Source: Actinomycetes bacterium
GTDB taxonomy: Bacteria > Actinomycetota > Geothermincolia > Geothermincolales > JAHEXQ01
Reading direction: 5' to 3'
NCBI GenBank assembly: GCA_023252035.1
Contig: JAHEXQ010000001.1
Span: 1-48,596, forward strand
DNA length: 48,596 bases
Shown here in pieces: positions 1 to 7,609 of the stretch. Each line of letters opens with the position of its first letter. The first letter of the stretch is position 1. A program made the position numbers and the translations under genes. The notes beneath the pieces were generated by a model. The model ran no database searches, was not told where the DNA came from, and worked only from the letters and a program-made list of their open reading frames with translations.

Positions 1-40
1 GACGGCGCATAAACCGCTATAATCTTCTTTGGATTTGCGC

Positions 41-117
41 GGTGGCGGTAGCTCAGTTGGCAGAGCACTGGGTTGTGGCCCCAGAGGTCGCGGGTTCAAG
101 TCCCGTCCGTCACCCCA
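41..117 (+). tRNA. tRNA-His (anticodon GTG)
   Basis: The cloverleaf is readable by eye. It has an extra 5' G(-1), acceptor GTGGCGG/CCGTCAC, D arm GCTC..GAGC, anticodon stem CTGGG/CCCAG with loop TTGTGGC, T arm GCGGG-TTCAAGT-CCCGT and an encoded CCA. Confidence 0.93.
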
Positions 118-596
118 TCCGTCTTGCCGGTCGCGCACAGGATGTGCAGGCCGAAGTCGCCCGGCGGCGCTGCAGCAACTTTGAAGTCCGAAAAACGCGC
201 ATGGCCCAGCACTTCCGTCCATCTCTCCACCGTGGTGTAGTATTCGCCCTCCGCGCTGGGAACGGCCGGGAGCGTGGCCAGTTCGATCATCATCAGCTCC
301 TCCGGCATAAGATGATGCAGCGTGTAGTCGGAGACGACGTAATCGAAATGCGATTCCGGATAGGGCAGGTGCAGGGCGTCGCCTTGCCTCGCCTCTACCC
401 TGTTCAGCGCCGGCGAATTTCGCCGCGCACCTGGCTCGCACGCCCTCGGAGGAGCCCGCGCCGGCCACTCCCGTTTAGCATATCTTGCCAAAGCGGCTTC
501 AATGACGCTGCCCCTATCGCGGCCGAGGTCCGGTACGAACTTATCGTCCAAGCGGTTGCTTGCCCTGTCTCGGCCGACGCATTTATAATGTTCCAA
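96..596 (-). CDS. class I SAM-dependent methyltransferase-like protein with degenerate SAM loop (possibly a pseudogene)
   Basis: The protein contains VEARQGDALHLPYPESHFDYVVSDYTLHHL, typical of Methyltransf_11/25 enzymes. The glycine-rich motif I reads DLGRDRGS instead of DxGxGxG. The ORF 3' end runs 22 nt into tRNA-His. Confidence 0.4.
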   Translation of the reverse strand: MEHYKCVGRDRASNRLDDKFVPDLGRDRGSVIEAALARYAKREWPARAPPRACEPGARRNSPALNRVEARQGDALHLPYPESHFDYVVSDYTLHHLMPEELMMIELATLPAVPSAEGEYYTTVERWTEVLGHARFSDFKVAAAPPGDFGLHILCATGKTDGVTDGT

Positions 597-644
597 TGGG
601 TGTACAGATATCGCGAACCTAGCGGCTGCCGTTAGGAGGGGAAA

Positions 645-1034
645 TTGTCCAAGAAGCCCAAGCTGATGGTGATAGAAGATGACAGGGACATCATCAACAT
701 CATCAGGATCAACTTCGAGCTGAAGGGTTTTGACGTATATGGTTGCCTGAAATCCAGGCGGGGCCTGGCTGAGAGCCTACTGGAGTTGCCGGATGCCATC
801 ATCCTAGACCTGCTCATGCCGGACAAGAACGGGTGGGAAGTCCTGGAGGAATTGAAAACCAACCCGGTAACCCGGGACATTCCCGTGATCATCTGCAGCG
901 TGATGAAGCAACCCCGGGCCATAGGGAAAGCGAAAGAGATGGGCGCCTTTGCCTACGTCCAGAAGCCCTTTGACAGCCTGGAATTGATCTCGTTGGTCGA
1001 GGGAGCTATTTACAGGAATGGAAAGCGGCGGTAG
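645..1034 (+). CDS. single-domain CheY-like response regulator (receiver only)
   Basis: The 129-aa protein has a receiver signature: VIEDD acidic pocket, phospho-acceptor context AIILDLLMPDKNG, and conserved Ser/Lys (IICS ... VQKPF). It uses a TTG start 5 nt after AGGAGG (634-639). Confidence 0.9.
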   Translation: MSKKPKLMVIEDDRDIINIIRINFELKGFDVYGCLKSRRGLAESLLELPDAIILDLLMPDKNGWEVLEELKTNPVTRDIPVIICSVMKQPRAIGKAKEMGAFAYVQKPFDSLELISLVEGAIYRNGKRR

Positions 1035-1121
1035 AGCCGCGCCTGTAGCGGCGCCGTACGCACCGAATAAAGCCCCGGTGCTGAGGCCCGGGCCTCTCTT
1101 TGTCAGGAGTCGCGCATCGCT

Positions 1122-1778
1122 CTACTCGTAATAGAGACGCAGCCGGCTGAAGACGGGCTTGGGCAAAAGGACCAGCTCGCCTAGGTCATGATGGAAAGTA
1201 CAGTCCGTGACGCCACCAAGGTCTTTACCGTCCATCACGCACTTGCCTTCCGTCACCATGTAGATCTTCTCCAGCATCATGTAGACCATGGTCCCTACCT
1301 CCGTCCGGCCAAAGGTCTTGAGGTCCGGACCCATACCCAGCATGGGTCCGGCCACCCTGGGTATGGTCTTCAGGTAGAAGGGGTTAAGAGCGATGAATTT
1401 AGGCAGGAATGGCAGGAGCAGGTTAGCCGCCTTGAGGATGAGATTCTCCTGGTACCGGAGTTCGATCTCGAACTTGCCGGCATCGCCGGCATCCACCGCC
1501 ATGAGCCACGAATTCGTATCGCGCTTGGATTCTATCTTCGCCAGGTGTTTCTCATCGAAGCGATGAATGTGAGGCACGAAATCCAGCGCCTTCTCCGTGC
1601 TGGCGAAAAGGGTGCGATGGCCGCCTGCGCTGTAGTGAAAGAGCGCCCGGTACGGGCCGATGGGCACCGAGTCCCAGTCCTCGATGACAAAGACATCATC
1701 CGCCCCGAACTGGACGGTAGGAAGCATGAAGCCTCTCTCTTCCCTCATATTTCGGCACCACCTTTGATCGATAGTCAA
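1122..1778 (-). CDS. hypothetical protein (no family recognised)
   Basis: This is a 218-codon ORF with non-repetitive, normal-looking composition. Alternative starts at 1748 or 1727 each have SD-like purine tracts upstream. I recognise no motif. Confidence 0.55.
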   Translation of the reverse strand: MTIDQRWCRNMREERGFMLPTVQFGADDVFVIEDWDSVPIGPYRALFHYSAGGHRTLFASTEKALDFVPHIHRFDEKHLAKIESKRDTNSWLMAVDAGDAGKFEIELRYQENLILKAANLLLPFLPKFIALNPFYLKTIPRVAGPMLGMGPDLKTFGRTEVGTMVYMMLEKIYMVTEGKCVMDGKDLGGVTDCTFHHDLGELVLLPKPVFSRLRLYYE

Positions 1779-1872
1779 TTCCGCTCTTCTACATGATAAT
1801 GCCGGAAAGGGAAGGGGGGCAAAGGGGACGAAAGTGTTGAGAACTTGGCCCCCCGAAGGGGGCCCGTTCAGA

Positions 1873-1932
1873 TTAGCAGCTCCTGGAGCACTTGCAGGTA
1901 CCGCCCGTCCTTCTCGAAACCTTCTTGATCAT
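1873..1932 (-). CDS. candidate 19-aa cysteine-containing small protein MIKKVSRRTGGTCKCSRSC
   Basis: ATG lies 6 nt after GAGGAGG, and the TAA stop is at 1875-1873. A GC hairpin GGCCCCC-UUCG-GGGGGCC (1864-1847) follows 8 nt downstream. The ORF is not in the supplied track because it is too short. Confidence 0.3.
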   Translation of the reverse strand: MIKKVSRRTGGTCKCSRSC

Positions 1933-2013
1933 GTCACACCTCCTCGAAGTGTTCAGCCATGAACAATTAGGTTATTTCCCTGGGAGCCGCAGATAAACTT
2001 CCTAAGGAAAGCG

Positions 2014-2091
2014 TGGTCGGGGTGGGCGGATTTGAACCGCCGGCCTCTTGCTCCCAAAGCAAGCGCGCTAACCAAACTGCGCTACACCCCG
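2014..2091 (-). tRNA. tRNA-Pro (anticodon TGG)
   Basis: The reverse complement gives CGGGGTG-TA-GCGC..GCGC-G-CTTGC-TTTGGGA-GCAAG-AGGCC-GGCGG-TTCAAAT-CCGCC-CACCCCG-A-CCA. This is a complete cloverleaf. Confidence 0.93.
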
Positions 2092-2200
2092 AAGGTCTTA
2101 GGGTACCATCATTCTATCCAACGGACGTGCCCCTATCAATTATCCGCATGACACCTTCCGGTCCCTATAATAGAATTAATATGAGTGGCGATGGTCGTGA

Positions 2201-2276
2201 GCGGGAGTAGCTCAGTTGGTAGAGCGAAAGCCTTCCAAGCTTTAGGTCGCGGGTTCGAGACCCGTCTCCCGCTCCA
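2201..2276 (+). tRNA. tRNA-Gly (anticodon TCC)
   Basis: GCGGGAG-TA-GCTC..GAGC-G-AAAGC-CTTCCAA-GCTTT-AGGTC-GCGGG-TTCGAGA-CCCGT-CTCCCGC-T-CCA. This is a complete cloverleaf. Confidence 0.93.
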
Positions 2277-2457
2277 AACAACTCCTCCCATCACGGGTTT
2301 CGAACCCGCGACCCAGGGGGGTTTTTCTTGCGCGGGGGGAAGGTCCCCCCGCGTTCAACATTAGGGGGTAGCGCTGAAGGGGGACACGAGTCCCCCTTCA
2401 GGAAGCGAGAGAGGATTCGCGCTGCCTCGCTACTAGGTGACCTCTCGAGCGACGGAG

Positions 2458-2484
2458 GGGGTTCGAGACCCGTCTCCCGCTCCA
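2458..2484 (+). repeat. exact 26-27 nt direct repeat of the tRNA-Gly T-loop/acceptor 3' end (att-like scar or tRNA pseudogene end)
   Basis: GGGTTCGAGACCCGTCTCCCGCTCCA at 2458-2484 is identical to 2251-2276 inside tRNA-Gly. The 80 nt ending at 2484 has a near-matching 5' acceptor (GCGAGAG) but no D or anticodon arm. Confidence 0.8.
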
Positions 2485-2518
2485 TTCTTTCTTAGCCTTT
2501 AGCCCGGCTGAACCGAAA

Positions 2519-2554
2519 GCGAACAGAAAGAGCCACGAATATGTTCGCTTTTTT
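2519..2554 (+). terminator. putative intrinsic terminator closing the tRNA-Gly transcription unit
   Basis: Stem GCGAACA / TGTTCGC has a 16-nt loop and is followed by TTTTTT. Confidence 0.5.
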
Positions 2555-2705
2555 CTCTCCGAGGATCTTGCTCTCTGCTCGCTCCCCCTTCGCCTGTTGG
2601 CTGCTCCTCATGGCTATTGATGCATACCTGTTCGCTTTAGTCGATTATCGATAGGTTCTGTTAATTGCTGTTATAAAATATAGGTGGGAGCTCACGAGCT
2701 GAGGG

Positions 2706-3587
2706 ATGCCAGTTGATGAAAGAGAGGAAGAGAAACCGGACGCCGGAAGTCACCGCTTTCTTCCGGCCACGGAATCTGAGCGGCCCAAGGGCCAGCGGGT
2801 TTGCTACGGTCCTTATGCATTGCGTTTTCCGGGTTCCGCCAAATGGAGACCCATCTAGAGCGGTTTCCTGGGCGGAGCTATAATCCGGAATCTGGCCGAA
2901 CAAGCCTGGGGTCTTCCTACGGCGGCGTTATCGCGCGCACCAGGTTCATCGACGATTACCTGCAGGACCGCCGCGCCGATGGGCTCGAGCGGCTCGTCGT
3001 ACCGGGGACGGGATTCGATTCGCACGACTACCGCTTTCCCAGGTTGAGGAGAAGTTCCGCGTCTTCGATGTTTCTCGCCCGGCGATGCAGAGGCGCAAGG
3101 GGACGGGTTCCGGAACATCTCGGGCTCTCCGGCCCACGTAACCTTTGTCCCCGTAGACATGGCGCAGGATAACCTCGGCGATATGCTCTGCGAGCACGCC
3201 TATAGAGCGGACTCGCGCTTGCTCTGCAAAAGCGTCATCATGTACCTGCCGGCCGAGGCCGTGGATGAGACCCTGGCCTACGTGAGCGGAATTTCACCCT
3301 CGGGCGGTGCCGTCGTCTTCGACTTTGCTTACCGGTTAGCCCTCGAAGGAACCGCGTAATTCCCCGGAGTCAAGGAGTGACTCGCCTTCCTGCAGCGCAT
3401 CGGAGAGCCGCCCGTCTTCGGGATAAAGAGAGGCGGCGCCGGCGATTTCATCTCCACCCTCGGCTTCACCGAGGTTGATGAGACCTCCTACGAATCGGCG
3501 AAAGACGCCTATTTCCCACCTCACCGCAGCGACCTGGAGGTGGCCCCCTACCTGGCACTCGCTAGAGCGATGGTCAAAAGGGCCTGA
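2706..3587 (+). pseudogene. multiply frameshifted SAM-dependent O-methyltransferase (mycobacterial Rv0725c-type / LCM-like family)
   Basis: Family-typical segments lie in four different frames. These are ATESERP..DPYALRF-like (2706-2855), IARTRFIDDYLQDRRADGLERLVVPGTGFDSHDYRFP (ORF 2801..3172), LLCKSVIMYLPAEAVDETLAYVSGISPSGGAVVFDF (3159..3359), and GEPPVFGI...GFTEVDETSY...ALARAMVKRA-stop (ending with TGA at 3585-3587). Confidence 0.7.
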
Positions 3588-3751
3588 GCTCGCCGTTTTA
3601 TGCACACCGTTACAGAAGGCATGCAGCAATCAAGGGAGGTTTGGTGTGATTGCAACCTCCATAAAAAAGGATCTGTTCCGAATAGCGCCGTTTTCGTCCT
3701 CCGCCGTTGTCACTACTGGGGCATGGGCGACCGACCCTTTTTTCATGAAGG

Positions 3752-4345
3752 CTACAGGTAAGGGATAAGCTTGCACAGGGCGCGCGCGCGGTGGCTGATG
3801 GCGTTCTTCTCCGCCTCGGATAGCTCGGCCATGGTACGTTCCATGCCCTCGGGGACGAAGACCGGATCGTAACCGAAACCGCCGGGGCCGCGGTTCTCCT
3901 CGATGATGGTCCCCTCGATGACGCCCTCCGCCGTGTGCTCGGTGCCGTCGGGGTTGACCAGCGCCGCCCAGCACACGAAGCGGGCCCGGCGCCGCTCGAG
4001 CGGCACGCCCTCCATCGCCGCGAGCAGCTTGCTGTTGTTGGCCTCGTACTCGCCATTCGGCCCGGCATACCGGGCCGAATGGATGCCCGGCTCTCCCCCC
4101 AGGCAATCCACCTGCAATCCGGAGTCGTCCGCCAGAGCCCGCATCCCCGTAAAGTCAGCTATGGCCCTGGCCTTTACGAGCGCGTTCTCCTTAAAGCTAG
4201 CACCCTCCTCCTCCACATCGGGCCATCCGGTGAAATCCTCGAAGGTGAAGAGGGGTACGTCTATGCCCGCGAGGATATCTCTTATCTCGCGGATCTTGTC
4301 GCGGTTCTGCGTGGCCAGGACCACCGGTTCTTCCGGGTTTGGCAT
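3752..4345 (-). CDS. rdgB: non-canonical purine NTP pyrophosphatase (RdgB/HAM1 family)
   Basis: Typical motifs are present: VLATQNRDKIREI, DDSGLQVDCLGGEPGIHSARY, FGYDPVF and ISHRARAL. It follows rph, as in many genomes. Confidence 0.92.
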   Translation of the reverse strand: MPNPEEPVVLATQNRDKIREIRDILAGIDVPLFTFEDFTGWPDVEEEGASFKENALVKARAIADFTGMRALADDSGLQVDCLGGEPGIHSARYAGPNGEYEANNSKLLAAMEGVPLERRRARFVCWAALVNPDGTEHTAEGVIEGTIIEENRGPGGFGYDPVFVPEGMERTMAELSEAEKNAISHRARALCKLIPYL

Positions 4346-4363
4346 GTCGTTCGTCGCGGCCTC

Positions 4364-5086
4364 TTAGCCCGAGGTGAGGCAGCGCCTCTGCATGGCGATC
4401 AGCTCGCTTATCCCCTTGCGTGCCAGCGTCAACATGCCGCCCAATTCCTCCTCGGTGAAGGGGTCGCCCTCGGCCGTGCCCTGGATCTCGATGATACGCC
4501 CGCTGCCCGTCATCACCACGTTCATATCCACATCGGCATTGGAATCCTCTCGGAAATCCAGGTCGAGCAAGCTGGTCCCATCCACCACGCCCACGCTCAC
4601 CGCCGCCAGGAACTCCGTGAGGGGGATCTCCTTCATCTTGTTCTCGTCCACCATGCGCTTGAAGCACTGGTAGAGGGCCATGAATGCTCCCGTGATAGCC
4701 GCGGTGCGCGTTCCCCCATCGGCCTGGATCACGTCGCAGTCTAACCAGATGCTCTGCTCTCCCAGGGCCTCCAGGTTGGTCACGGCCCGCAGCGACCGTC
4801 CGATGAGGCGCTGTATCTCGAGGCTGCGCCCGCCCTGTTTCCCCAGTACCGCTTCGCGCACAGTGCGCACCTCCGTGGACCTGGGCAGCATAGCGTATTC
4901 GGCGGTGACCCATCCCTTCCCGGTCCCGCGGAGGAATTGGGGCACGCGGAAGTCCTGGCTGGCGGTGCAGATTACCCGGGTATTCCCCACTTCCAGGAAG
5001 ACGGAACCATCGGCGAAGGTCATATAATCCAAAACGGTCTTTACCGGCCTCAATTCGTCGGGCTTCCTACCATCTGCTCTGGCCAT
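4364..5086 (-). CDS. rph: ribonuclease PH
   Basis: [42 protein letters not shown] and [18 protein letters not shown] are canonical RNase PH signatures. Confidence 0.95.
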   Translation of the reverse strand: MARADGRKPDELRPVKTVLDYMTFADGSVFLEVGNTRVICTASQDFRVPQFLRGTGKGWVTAEYAMLPRSTEVRTVREAVLGKQGGRSLEIQRLIGRSLRAVTNLEALGEQSIWLDCDVIQADGGTRTAAITGAFMALYQCFKRMVDENKMKEIPLTEFLAAVSVGVVDGTSLLDLDFREDSNADVDMNVVMTGSGRIIEIQGTAEGDPFTEEELGGMLTLARKGISELIAMQRRCLTSG

Positions 5087-5098
5087 GCGTACCTCCGT

Positions 5099-5854
5099 TT
5101 ATATATCCAATATCATATCCTGGAGAGCTACATCCACGGGTCCATCGTAGGCCTCCGCGGCCTCGCTGCGGCTCTGCTCCCGGTCGAAAGTCGGCCAGAT
5201 GTGCGTTAGCACCAGCCGGGCGGCGCCCGCCTCCCGCGCCGCCTGCCCAGCTCCCGCGGAGGTCATATGACCGTGCGCGTGCTCGGCAAAACTGTTGATC
5301 ATGGTCGCCTCGCACAGGAAGAGGTCCACGCCGCGGGCGGCCTCCACAAGGCCAGGACAGGGCGCCGTGTCTCCCGAATAACCCAAGGTGCGTGCAGGTC
5401 CATCTACCGTTTCCAGGCGCAGACAGAAGGCCTCGACCGGATGGAAGGCCGGGTAGCATTGCACCTGCAAAGGCCCCGCCCGAAAGCTCTCTCCCACCTG
5501 GAGATCATAGGGTGTGAACACGCGCTCTAGATATGCCCGGGAATCCTCGCCCATGATCTTACCCATGGTCGCGAGTGCGCCCCGCGGCGCGTATAGCGGC
5601 AGGCCCCAGGGCTTATCGAGATGAAACCGCATGGCATAGAAGAGCGGGTAGAGGTCCAGGTAATGGTCCACGTGCATGTGGCTTATGACCACCGCGTCCA
5701 GCCGGGTGAAATCCACGGTCTTCAGCAGATTGGCCATGCAGCCGGTGCCGAAATCCAGCAAGATATCAGCACCCGATTCCTGGATGAGAAAGCCGTTGCA
5801 GGCCTCACCCGGGCGGGGATAAGTCCCCGAGCCGCCCAGCACAATTACGCGCAT
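5099..5854 (-). CDS. MBL-fold metallo-hydrolase (position equivalent to mycobacterial Rv1339)
   Basis: MRVIVLGGSG...ISHMHVDHYLDL carries the HxHxDH metal motif. The gene order murI-MBL-rph-rdgB matches Rv1338-Rv1341 (from memory). Confidence 0.85.
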   Translation of the reverse strand: MRVIVLGGSGTYPRPGEACNGFLIQESGADILLDFGTGCMANLLKTVDFTRLDAVVISHMHVDHYLDLYPLFYAMRFHLDKPWGLPLYAPRGALATMGKIMGEDSRAYLERVFTPYDLQVGESFRAGPLQVQCYPAFHPVEAFCLRLETVDGPARTLGYSGDTAPCPGLVEAARGVDLFLCEATMINSFAEHAHGHMTSAGAGQAAREAGAARLVLTHIWPTFDREQSRSEAAEAYDGPVDVALQDMILDI

Positions 5855-5857
5855 TTA

Positions 5858-6023
5858 AGTGTTCCATTCCATAAATACACTGGCATTCGAACGCCTATCC
5901 ATCCACGCCGGCTGTGTTCCGCTCCCTCGATGTACTACTGCGAGTACGACATCGGTCGCGCGCCTTGCCGACGCGGCGCCTAGACGCTCTCGGTGCGTCA
6001 CCGTATTTATGGAATGGAACACT
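5858..6023 (+). repeat. 166-nt palindrome-ended element, copy 1 (candidate structured RNA or MITE)
   Basis: It has perfect 21-bp terminal inverted repeats AGTGTTCCATTCCATAAATAC / GTATTTATGGAATGGAACACT. The interior is ~90% identical to the reverse complement of 22396-22558. It fills the murI-MBL intergenic gap. Confidence 0.85.
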
Positions 6024-6037
6024 AGCCCAGCCTTGCC

Positions 6038-6862
6038 TCAGAGCGAGGCTTTCTCCACGTGTTCTACTTCCGGCCCCAGGAACATGCGGCCCAACCTGCG
6101 CGCCAGCTCCGTATCCCCGGAACAGAGGAAACGGTAGGTGCGCGGTTCGTCCGTGTCCCTCGCCAGTCCCTCTTCGGCGAGGACCCGCTCCACTTCGGCC
6201 GCGGTGGCATCGGCGGAGCTGATGATGGTCACACCGTCGCCGATGACCCGGGCGATGGGCTTGTGCAGGAGCGGGTAGTGGGTGCAGCCCAGGATGAGCG
6301 TGTCCACCCCGGCTACTCTCATAGGCTCGAGGTACTCTTCGAGCACCTGCTCGATGTGCGCTCCCTCCACCTCCCCACGCTCCACGAACTCGACCAGGAG
6401 CGGGCAATCCCGCGAGGTTATCTCTATCTTCCGGGAGAGAGAGCCGATTCGCCTGGTGTAGGCGCCGCTCTCGATGGTGGCCTTGGTCCCGATGACCCCG
6501 ACTCTCTGGTTGCGCGTGCGCCGCACCGCTTCCAGGGCACCAGGTTCGATGACGCCGATAACCGGCACTTCGCAGGCGTTCTTCACGTAGCCAAGACCGG
6601 CTGCCGTAGCGCTGTTGCAGGCGATGACGATCATCTTCACGCCCAGGTCCTCGAGGAAGGCCGCGATATCCATCGCGTACTTGCGAACCAAGGTCAGGTC
6701 TTTGGAGCCATAGGGGCCCCGGGCGGTGTCGCCGTAGTAGATGATCGACTCCCGCGGAAGCCTATCGATCACCGAGCGCATCACGGTGAGTCCGCCTACG
6801 CCGGAATCAAAAATCCCAATGGGGTTGTTTCTCATATTCCTCGTTTCTTCAAACATGCCCAC
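6038..6862 (-). CDS. murI: glutamate racemase
   Basis: IGIFDSGVGGLTV, the ACNSATA and GCTHYPLL catalytic-Cys motifs are present. The start is probably the ATG at 6856 (MFEETRN). Confidence 0.93.
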   Translation of the reverse strand: MGMFEETRNMRNNPIGIFDSGVGGLTVMRSVIDRLPRESIIYYGDTARGPYGSKDLTLVRKYAMDIAAFLEDLGVKMIVIACNSATAAGLGYVKNACEVPVIGVIEPGALEAVRRTRNQRVGVIGTKATIESGAYTRRIGSLSRKIEITSRDCPLLVEFVERGEVEGAHIEQVLEEYLEPMRVAGVDTLILGCTHYPLLHKPIARVIGDGVTIISSADATAAEVERVLAEEGLARDTDEPRTYRFLCSGDTELARRLGRMFLGPEVEHVEKASL

Positions 6863-7488
6863 TATTTTAACATACCCCCAGAGATCTCCCCGCTGCGTCC
6901 TTCCTGCTCTCCCTCTTCTCCCTCTTCTCCCTCTTCTTCACCCGCCTCGCGCCAACCTTCCCAGCCCTCCTTCGCCAGGAAGATAACGATCAGCAGGCCG
7001 ACTATGGGGTCAGCCAGCCAGAAACCGAAGAGGTAGTTGGCTCCCAATCCGATGAGCAGAGCCAGGGAAAGGACGGCGCAGACCAGGGTCTCCTTGGAGT
7101 CGGCGACCAGGGCACGGCTGCCGATGGCCTCCCCTGTCGTCCGTTTCCTCCAAGCAAGGATCGGCATCACGATGATGGACGCCACGGCTATGATGATGCC
7201 GGGCAGGGAATGCTCGGGCCTCTCCGTGAGGATCAGTTTGCGCAGGGATTCGTAGAGCACATAAGCGCCGAGTATAAAAAAGGTCGCGGCGACGAACCGC
7301 ATAGCCCGCTTCTCCACGAGCTCCTCCTGGGCGGCGCTGAGCTTCGCGTGCTTCCCCAGGCGCCAGATGAGCACCAGGCCGGAGAGCGATTCCACAATGC
7401 TGTCCATACCGAAGCCGACCAGGGCGATGCTCCCAGCCAGGCCTCCGAAAACGATGGAGGCCGCGGCCTCCAGGATGTTATAGCCCAC
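6862..7488 (-). CDS. cation-diffusion-facilitator-like membrane protein (TM domain only) with acidic GEE-repeat tail
   Basis: LAGSIALVGFGMDSIVESLSG and ADSKETLVCAVLSLALLIG resemble CDF TM2/TM5 metal-site helices. The C-terminus EAGEEEGEEGEEGEQEG is encoded by three tandem 9-nt units (6911-6937). Confidence 0.6.
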   Translation of the reverse strand: MGYNILEAAASIVFGGLAGSIALVGFGMDSIVESLSGLVLIWRLGKHAKLSAAQEELVEKRAMRFVAATFFILGAYVLYESLRKLILTERPEHSLPGIIIAVASIIVMPILAWRKRTTGEAIGSRALVADSKETLVCAVLSLALLIGLGANYLFGFWLADPIVGLLIVIFLAKEGWEGWREAGEEEGEEGEEGEQEGRSGEISGGMLK

Positions 7489-7562
7489 CGTGAAATACTC
7501 GAGGTGAAGCCCCCGCTTATAGAATTTCTCTATTCTGTCTCTGCTCCTTCCGGTCTTTGCGC

Positions 7563-7592
7563 AAAAAAATGGGGGCCATCCGACCTGACCCC
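7563..7592 (-). terminator. putative intrinsic terminator after ssrA
   Basis: On the minus strand, GGGGTCAGGTCGGATGGCCCCC (GGGG/CCCC-closed hairpin) is followed by ATTTTTTTG. It sits immediately downstream of the tmRNA CCA end. Confidence 0.45.
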
Positions 7593-7609
7593 TGGCGTAC
7601 GCAAAACAA

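Noticed and set aside
42-635. A 197-aa plus-strand ORF starting inside tRNA-His.
   Set aside because: It begins with the tRNA sequence itself. It runs antisense to the methyltransferase-like ORF and is Arg/Pro/Ala-rich, as expected for a spurious frame in high-G+C DNA.
2405-2484. A second functional tRNA gene ending at 2484.
   Set aside because: Only the T-loop/acceptor 3' part is tRNA-like. The candidate 5' acceptor has a mismatch, the T stem has a G-G mismatch, and no D arm or anticodon arm can be drawn.
5859-6137. ORFs reading through both copies of the ~165-nt element (5859..6137 and 22282..22557), with similar peptides (INTLAFER.SIHAGCVPLPR...).
   Set aside because: The peptide similarity simply reflects ~90% nucleotide identity. 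The two ORFs diverge immediately outside the element with no common end. There is no SD, and the perfect 21-bp terminal pairing argues for a nucleic-acid-level element.
6911-6937. Three tandem 9-nt units (CCCTCTTCT) as a phase-variable simple-sequence repeat.
   Set aside because: There are only three in-frame units, encoding part of an acidic GEE tail. That is too few to call contingency-locus behaviour without population data.
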